A DNA stretch of 64,000 nucleotides from NCBI GenBank assembly GCA_964621195.1, contig CAZULJ010000004.1, positions 16,620 through 80,619 of the forward strand. Reading direction: 5' to 3'. The notes beneath the pieces were generated by a model that was not told the DNA's origin, did no database searches, and was given only the letters and a program-made list of their open reading frames with translations. The translations under genes were made by a program, and so were the position numbers. The stretch comes from an uncultured Candidatus Saccharibacteria bacterium (GTDB lineage Bacteria > Patescibacteriota > Dojkabacteria > SC72). This document shows positions 58,168 through 64,000 of the stretch, in pieces; the first letter of the stretch is position 1; every line of letters starts with the position of its first letter.

Positions 58168-58833
58168 ATGTTTGATACAACAAGCTTAACACAGTGGGTT
58201 TTAGATCATGGAGTCCCCCCTACTGCATTAGAGCTACTAATGGCAATTTCTGTATTAGCGACTGTGGTAAGTATCGCAAGATATGTCATAGGTTCAAAAA
58301 CATATGGCATATATGCACCAATACTTCTCGCAATCGCATATTCATATACAGGGTTAAAATACGGACTTTCAGTAACACTACTAGTCATTCTTACCTCTTT
58401 AATCTCCTACAGCATACTTAAAAAGATTAGAATGCACTACTTAACTAGAATCGCTACCAACTACACGATACTCTCAATGTTACTAATCCTCTTCTTTGTA
58501 TTAATAGATCGATTTGGACTAGGATTGGACAATATGCATAATATTCCCCCTCTCGCATTCATATCAATAGCTGCACTCTCTGACTTCTTTATCAAACAGT
58601 ATGTAAAGAAATCACTTGAAGGATCTTTACTCACACTCTTTGGAACAATAACTGTTGCAATAGTTGGTTGGTTTGTAATATCTAGAGAAATAATCTCGGA
58701 ATATTTGATCCTAAATCTATGGATACTACCCGTACTAACAATCGTAAATATCCTACTAGGACAATTTACAGGGTTAAGAATCAGAGACTATTTCAGATTT
58801 AGACTAAGCAACAAAGATGACTCTAGCAATTAA
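58168..58833 (+). CDS. 7TM_transglut-like membrane protein
   Basis: About 7 TMs; RYVIGSKTYGIYAPILLA, MHYLTR, LLGQFTGLRIRDYFRF signature; promoter TCGACA(58102)-N18-TATAAT. Confidence 0.8.
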   Translation: MFDTTSLTQWVLDHGVPPTALELLMAISVLATVVSIARYVIGSKTYGIYAPILLAIAYSYTGLKYGLSVTLLVILTSLISYSILKKIRMHYLTRIATNYTILSMLLILFFVLIDRFGLGLDNMHNIPPLAFISIAALSDFFIKQYVKKSLEGSLLTLFGTITVAIVGWFVISREIISEYLILNLWILPVLTIVNILLGQFTGLRIRDYFRFRLSNKDDSSN

Positions 58834-60295
58834 CAATAGGTATAGCCAAATATTAGGCTTAAACCGAAGGAATCAAGAGTATGTGAGACCATACAATCCT
58901 CCTTCTGCCAAAGCTATTGCTGACAATAAAATACTAACAAAGAGAGTCCTAAAGAAAGAGTTAATACAAACACCGGAGGTCTACAAACTTGTAAGAACCA
59001 AAAAGCAATTACAATTTTTAGATTGGGATAGCTTACCAAAAAGCTTTGTTATAAAGCCCAACAAAGGAACAGGTGGAAATGGAATAATCGTATTCTACGG
59101 AAAGAAAAAAGGACAAGATGCATGGATAAGACCAAATGGATCAGTTATGACAAAGAGAGATATAATTCTTCATATAGAAAATATACTAGAGGGTAGATTC
59201 TCGATGGGTTCTCGTAACGACATTGCTATCATAGAGGAAAGAATTAAGACAGATTCCCTACTAAAGCAGTACTCATACAAAGGCGTTCCAGATATTAGAA
59301 TAATCTGCTTCAACGAGGTTCCCGTAATGGCTATGCTAAGATTACCAACTAAAAGATCTAATGGTACTGCAAATCTGCACTCGGGCGCAATATGTACAGG
59401 TATAGACTTAGAATCAGGTATTACGACCTACTCTATGCATATGAAGGCCTCTGCCTTTAGAACAGATTCCTACAAGCTTGTAGACTCAACCTTAGATCTT
59501 CAAGAGAATAAACCTCTAAGTGGTATTCAAATACCGTACTGGAACGAGATGTTAGAAATCGCACTTAAATGCCAGAAAGCAAGTAAACTCGGATACCTTG
59601 GTGTAGACATCGCAATAGATGCAGAAAAGGGCCCTGTTGTATTTGAAATAAATGCTAGACCAGGCCTCGGAATACAAGTAGCGAACCAAGCTGGTCTTAG
59701 ATGGAGGTTAGAGAAAGTAAAGGACCTGAATATAAAGAGTATAAAACATGGGATTAGAGTCGCAAAGAATCTCTTCGGAGGAGAAATTGAGGAAAATATT
59801 GAAGCTATCAGTGGTAGAAAGGTACTCAACATAGTTGAAAAAGTTACCCTCTTTAACAAAGGGACCGAGATAAGCAAGATTAAGAAGGCAAAGAAAATGC
59901 AAAAGGAAATAGTAAAGGCCTTCATGGACACCGGGATACTGACATCCAGAATCTCTTCCATACTTGCAAACAGGATAGGTTTTCTAAAAGCTGGGAAAGA
60001 TTTTGAGTCTTTAGATGTACCAAAAAGATTTGGAAGTTTCAAAGAAGCACAGGACTACATGGATAAGTATGAAAAGGATATCTGTACACGATACCCTGAT
60101 ATAAAAAGACTTGCTAAGATCTTAGAAGATGGAGAAATAAAAATAAGACCAGTATTTGAGATACCCATTAAAATATCTGACTCTATAAAAATAACAGAGT
60201 TTGTATCTACAGATTCCAAAGAAAATCTCTACCCAGTTGTCATAGGTAGGGCTGAACTATCCGGTTTCCTTATCGATACAAGTAATACATTCTAA
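58817..60295 (+). CDS. Alpha-L-glutamate-ligase-like ATP-grasp protein fused to a RimK-associated retropepsin-like protease domain
   Basis: ILGLNRRN, DNKILTK, FVIKP..GTGGNGI, GVPDIR, ANLHSG, EINARPGL; C-domain AFMDTG..RPV..YPVVIGR..GFLID. Confidence 0.85.
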   Translation: MTLAINNRYSQILGLNRRNQEYVRPYNPPSAKAIADNKILTKRVLKKELIQTPEVYKLVRTKKQLQFLDWDSLPKSFVIKPNKGTGGNGIIVFYGKKKGQDAWIRPNGSVMTKRDIILHIENILEGRFSMGSRNDIAIIEERIKTDSLLKQYSYKGVPDIRIICFNEVPVMAMLRLPTKRSNGTANLHSGAICTGIDLESGITTYSMHMKASAFRTDSYKLVDSTLDLQENKPLSGIQIPYWNEMLEIALKCQKASKLGYLGVDIAIDAEKGPVVFEINARPGLGIQVANQAGLRWRLEKVKDLNIKSIKHGIRVAKNLFGGEIEENIEAISGRKVLNIVEKVTLFNKGTEISKIKKAKKMQKEIVKAFMDTGILTSRISSILANRIGFLKAGKDFESLDVPKRFGSFKEAQDYMDKYEKDICTRYPDIKRLAKILEDGEIKIRPVFEIPIKISDSIKITEFVSTDSKENLYPVVIGRAELSGFLIDTSNTF

Positions 60296-60314
60296 AATAT
60301 TTCTCAAAGAAACT

Positions 60315-61292
60315 ATGAAAACATACGAAGAATATTTACAAGAAGCAGGTAATGTACATCTAGCCTACTACGTTGAAGCTGCAGATACGCTGGGCATAAA
60401 GTATGAGATCGTAAAAAGATCCCTTCTAGCAAAATTTTCAAACGATACGAAACATTGGTTCATAATTAATACTGCTACACCTCTTACCAATACAACAAGT
60501 ACTACAATTGCTAAGAGAAAAAACCTAACAAACGAGATCCTGTACAAGGCTGGGATACCAGTACCAAGGCAAGTTGTTTTAAGAAATAAAAATGAAGCTA
60601 TAAAGTTTTTTGAAGAGTACAAAACCATAGTCATCAAACCCTCTCAACAATTGGGAGGGAATGGTGTGACCTTACTACCAAAAGATAAAGGACAGGTAAT
60701 AAAGGCATTTAAAAGTGCAGATAAGTCTTCAAAGGCAAAAGATGAGAACAGAGTAATTGGAGAAGAATTCATAGAAGGAGAAAACTACAGATTCCTAGTA
60801 GTAGGAGATTCTGTTGTAGGCATTGTGAGAAGAAAGGCAGCTTTTGTGGTTGGAGATGGAAATAACAGTATTAAAAAATTAATAGAGGAGAAAAACAGAG
60901 AGAGAAAGAGTAACCTACTTAAGCCAATCCCTATAGATACTGAAGTTAAATTAAGATTAGAGAATCTTAAAATAAATCTCAATACCGTGCCAAGTGAAGG
61001 CGAAGAAGTTATACTTAGATACAACTGTAACCTAAGTACTGGTGGTACAACACAGGAGTGTTCATCCCAAGTACATGAATACTACAAAGAGATTGCCGTC
61101 AGTGCTGTGAAAGCAATTGGAACAGTATTTGGGGGAGTCGATATAATTACTCCAGATATTACACAACCTGCAAAATGCGGAGTAAATGAAATAAACTACA
61201 ATCCAGGTCTAAGACTACACTACAAAGTAGATGAAGGAGAGGCAGTAAAGGTTGCAATACCAATAATGGAATATATATCAAAAAATATTTAA
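60315..61292 (+). CDS. Stand-alone cyanophycin-synthetase/GshF-type ATP-grasp ligase
   Basis: GIPVP, VIKP..GGNGVT, EEFIEG.NYRFLVVG, AFVVGDG..SI..LIE, NLSTGG, GVDII, EINYNPGL. Confidence 0.8.
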   Translation: MKTYEEYLQEAGNVHLAYYVEAADTLGIKYEIVKRSLLAKFSNDTKHWFIINTATPLTNTTSTTIAKRKNLTNEILYKAGIPVPRQVVLRNKNEAIKFFEEYKTIVIKPSQQLGGNGVTLLPKDKGQVIKAFKSADKSSKAKDENRVIGEEFIEGENYRFLVVGDSVVGIVRRKAAFVVGDGNNSIKKLIEEKNRERKSNLLKPIPIDTEVKLRLENLKINLNTVPSEGEEVILRYNCNLSTGGTTQECSSQVHEYYKEIAVSAVKAIGTVFGGVDIITPDITQPAKCGVNEINYNPGLRLHYKVDEGEAVKVAIPIMEYISKNI

Positions 61293-61309
61293 TCTTTTTC
61301 TAAAACAAA

Positions 61310-63007
61310 ATGTTTAAAACATTACAAGGTTTAAATCTAGAGTCCCAGTATACAACTGTAAAAATATCATTAGAAGGATCAAATATTGGAGAGATAACAA
61401 AACTTCTTGATCAAATAAGTTCCTTCCACCCTATCTTTCTCTATGAATATATCCTCTCTCCGAAGGAACTTTCAATACGTTCAAAATTACCTGAAATATG
61501 GAGAGAAGCTGCTAATACACTCAACCAACTCTCAAAAGAGGAAATAAAATATGAAGATGCTCATGATATTCTGGTCAATACAATCATCTCAAAGAGGGTT
61601 AAATCAATGTCTACCATACCAATACTACACGCTGCTCACCAAAAGAATATCGAAACGAACTTAGCAGTATTGAGCAAATCAATAGTAGATGGATACGATT
61701 TAGGATACAACAGTACATTTAATAGATACTATGTACTTGGGTGTGGTAAGGGTTCCTCAGTTACCGTTTCAGTAGGATCATCAAAAGATTCAACCTACGG
61801 ATTTAAGATCCAAAGAGATAAATGGACAACAAACAGAATAATAGATAGATTGTGTCTGCCACTTCCTAAGTGGGAAGTAATAAATTCAGAAGAACATCTA
61901 GAGAAAGTTTGGGATAACTATGCAAAACCTTTAGTAATCAAGCCAACAGGTTTAACAGGAGGAAAAGGAGTAAGTGTAGGAATTAAAACACTTGAAGAAG
62001 CAAAGATGGCATTCAAAAGGGCAAAGAAAGATACAGATAGTAAGATAAGATCTCCCTGGCAAACAAAGATAATGATCCAAGAGCAAGTAAAAGGAGAAGA
62101 CTATCGACTACTCGTTGTAAATGGAAAGCTTGAGATTGCCACTAAAAGAATCCCTGCGTTTGTTGAAGGTGATGGAAAAAAGACTATCGAAAAATTAATA
62201 GAGGAAACAAACAAAGATCCAAGAAGGGATATAAAAAATCCGACCCATATACTAAAGCCAATAATCATAGATGAGCCACTTCTCGAACTACTAGAAAAGA
62301 ATGGCTTAACTCTTAAATCTATTCCAGAAAAAGGTTCAAGAGTATATGTAAGAAACATTGCAAGCATGAGCCAAGGAGGTATAACAGAGGACTTTACTGA
62401 TGAGGTAAGTAAAGAAATTAAACTTCTAGTTGAAAGTATTGCACAATCAATACATGCATTCACACTAGGTGTTGATGTGATTTGCCAAGATATTACTAAA
62501 CCATTAACCAAGGAGAATGGTGCTATCTTAGAAATTAACACAATGCCCGAAGCATACCTGAATTTCTTTCCAGTAATTGGTAAACAAAGAGGATACGTTG
62601 CAGATACTTTTGTAGAGGGCTTACTCTCTGAGAATAAGTGTAAAAAGATAGTTGTTGTAGGACAAAGCATTAGCGATATCCCTACGAACTTAAGAAGATG
62701 GTGGAAGATTAAGAACGAAGATACTGTAGGAGAAATTGTAGAAGATCGTTACTACATAAACGGTATGCAAATAAATGAAGATCTAGAAAGAATACAGGCA
62801 TTTGAAGCTATAAAATGTAATGCTTCACTAGATGTAATAATTCTCCATCATAGAGACTGGAATGATGTTGCCGAATTTGGACTAGGATTTGATCATATAG
62901 ATACCCTTCTCATAACCAAAGAAGAGGCAAAGGACAGAGAAAAAGTAAAATTGATGAAGAAGTATAGAGGTATGAAATTAATAAATAAAATAGAGATAAT
63001 CTCCTAA
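61310..63007 (+). CDS. Cyanophycin-synthetase-like ATP-grasp protein with degenerate Mur-ligase-like C-domain (CphA2-like architecture)
   Basis: PLVIKP..GGKGVSV, GEDYRLLVVNGK, RIPAFVEGDG..TI..LIEETNKDPRR, GVDVICQDITKPL, EINTMP; C-terminal GLGFDHID remnant without a P-loop. Confidence 0.75.
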   Translation: MFKTLQGLNLESQYTTVKISLEGSNIGEITKLLDQISSFHPIFLYEYILSPKELSIRSKLPEIWREAANTLNQLSKEEIKYEDAHDILVNTIISKRVKSMSTIPILHAAHQKNIETNLAVLSKSIVDGYDLGYNSTFNRYYVLGCGKGSSVTVSVGSSKDSTYGFKIQRDKWTTNRIIDRLCLPLPKWEVINSEEHLEKVWDNYAKPLVIKPTGLTGGKGVSVGIKTLEEAKMAFKRAKKDTDSKIRSPWQTKIMIQEQVKGEDYRLLVVNGKLEIATKRIPAFVEGDGKKTIEKLIEETNKDPRRDIKNPTHILKPIIIDEPLLELLEKNGLTLKSIPEKGSRVYVRNIASMSQGGITEDFTDEVSKEIKLLVESIAQSIHAFTLGVDVICQDITKPLTKENGAILEINTMPEAYLNFFPVIGKQRGYVADTFVEGLLSENKCKKIVVVGQSISDIPTNLRRWWKIKNEDTVGEIVEDRYYINGMQINEDLERIQAFEAIKCNASLDVIILHHRDWNDVAEFGLGFDHIDTLLITKEEAKDREKVKLMKKYRGMKLINKIEIIS

Positions 63008-63008
63008 C

Positions 63009-63962
63009 ATGAAATATTTAATAATTGATAAAAGACAGAGGGTTGAAACCGGGAATGAGGATAAAATTGCAACTGCCAACTTAAGAATAATTGAAGAATT
63101 GGACAAGAAAGATATACCCTACTCTCTTGTATACAATGATGAAATAGAGTTTCAAATAATCGATAGTGAAACATCGATATTTGTAAAAGGCGAAGATATA
63201 CGAGAATATACTCATATACTGTTTAGAGGACATGCTTTACATAACGAAATTGAGTATCAATATAAAAGATATATCATCGATTACATAGATCAATATAACC
63301 TAAAAAATCCAAAAGAAAGGATATTAATACAAAATAGCGAAGCAATAAAAACCCTTCCATATTACAATAAAATAGCACTCGGTTTGTTCTGTTCTCAAAA
63401 TGACATCCCCTACTTCAATACCTATTACAGAACAGACGGCAACTATATTGCACACAGAACGACCCTAGAGACATACCCCGTCATAATGAAAGAGTATTCC
63501 GGGGCAAATAGAGTTGAAATTATTGATGGAAAAGAAAAAATTAAAAAGAATGTATTTAAGATAACTCACGAAGATGATTACAGGCAGGAAGGATTACAAG
63601 GCCAGGACCACTCTAGGTTCTTTATACAGGAGTTCTCGGATAGTGGTATGGATATCAGAATATTCGTAAAATTGGGCAAGGTAATTGCTGGATGGAAGAG
63701 GAAAGCGACCGAAGGTTTCATGACCGTAAAGGACGGAGAATACTCCATGTACAACAACCCAGAGAAGGCCGATAAAGAACTTGCAGAGAATGTTGCACAG
63801 AAACTCAATGCGGATTTTATTGCTGTAGATCTTATGTATCTCAACAACAAACCATTACTACAGGAAGTTAGTTATCATCCAGGATTTAAAGCTTACGAAA
63901 CAAAGATCGAAGGAGAACCAGTAAATATTGCAGAGGCAATTATAACTGCCTTTAAAGGATAG
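63009..63962 (+). CDS. RimK-like ATP-grasp ligase
   Basis: YNK, YPVIMK, FIQEF, DIRIFV, FIAVDL, QEVSYHPGF. Confidence 0.75.
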   Translation: MKYLIIDKRQRVETGNEDKIATANLRIIEELDKKDIPYSLVYNDEIEFQIIDSETSIFVKGEDIREYTHILFRGHALHNEIEYQYKRYIIDYIDQYNLKNPKERILIQNSEAIKTLPYYNKIALGLFCSQNDIPYFNTYYRTDGNYIAHRTTLETYPVIMKEYSGANRVEIIDGKEKIKKNVFKITHEDDYRQEGLQGQDHSRFFIQEFSDSGMDIRIFVKLGKVIAGWKRKATEGFMTVKDGEYSMYNNPEKADKELAENVAQKLNADFIAVDLMYLNNKPLLQEVSYHPGFKAYETKIEGEPVNIAEAIITAFKG

Positions 63963-64000
63963 CTAAATACCAACCTTCTTAAATACTGACTTCCAAAGTT

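Noticed and set aside
1-64000. CRISPR array, IS element, prophage, rRNA
   Set aside because: No regularly spaced repeats, transposase, integrase, phage genes or rRNA-like segments were seen; intergenic gaps are nearly all under 300 bp.

Overview
AT-rich, gene-dense bacterial chromosome segment read with genetic code 11 (tRNA-Trp has anticodon CCA and TGA is used as a stop). It is most consistent with a reduced-genome Candidate Phyla Radiation (Patescibacteria) organism, possibly Dojkabacteria/WS6. That assignment is inferred from the archaeal-type AMP phosphorylase/R15P isomerase pair, the loss of pyrH/uppS/cdsA from the tsf-frr-rseP block, and the near absence of Shine-Dalgarno sites. Most genes are housekeeping (dnaB, dnaX, recR, mfd, topA, mreBCD-PBP2, translation factors, ribosomal proteins), and there are six tRNAs. 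The strongest candidates for undescribed biology are: (1) an operon of a 7TM membrane protein plus four tandem ATP-grasp ligases, one protease-fused and two cyanophycin-synthetase-like (58168-63962); (2) rpsU carrying the only strong, hairpin-occluded SD among the housekeeping genes inspected, resembling Bacteroidota bS21 autoregulation; (3) a WxL/Csc-like surface fibre cluster; (4) an unannotated ~134-nt 6S-like RNA; (5) uS2 fused to an alphaCTD-like HhH domain, next to an EF-Ts with a duplicated N-domain; (6) a self-contained mini-cassette between rplA and rplJ. No integrase, transposase or CRISPR array was seen. All family calls come from motif recognition by eye, not database searches.
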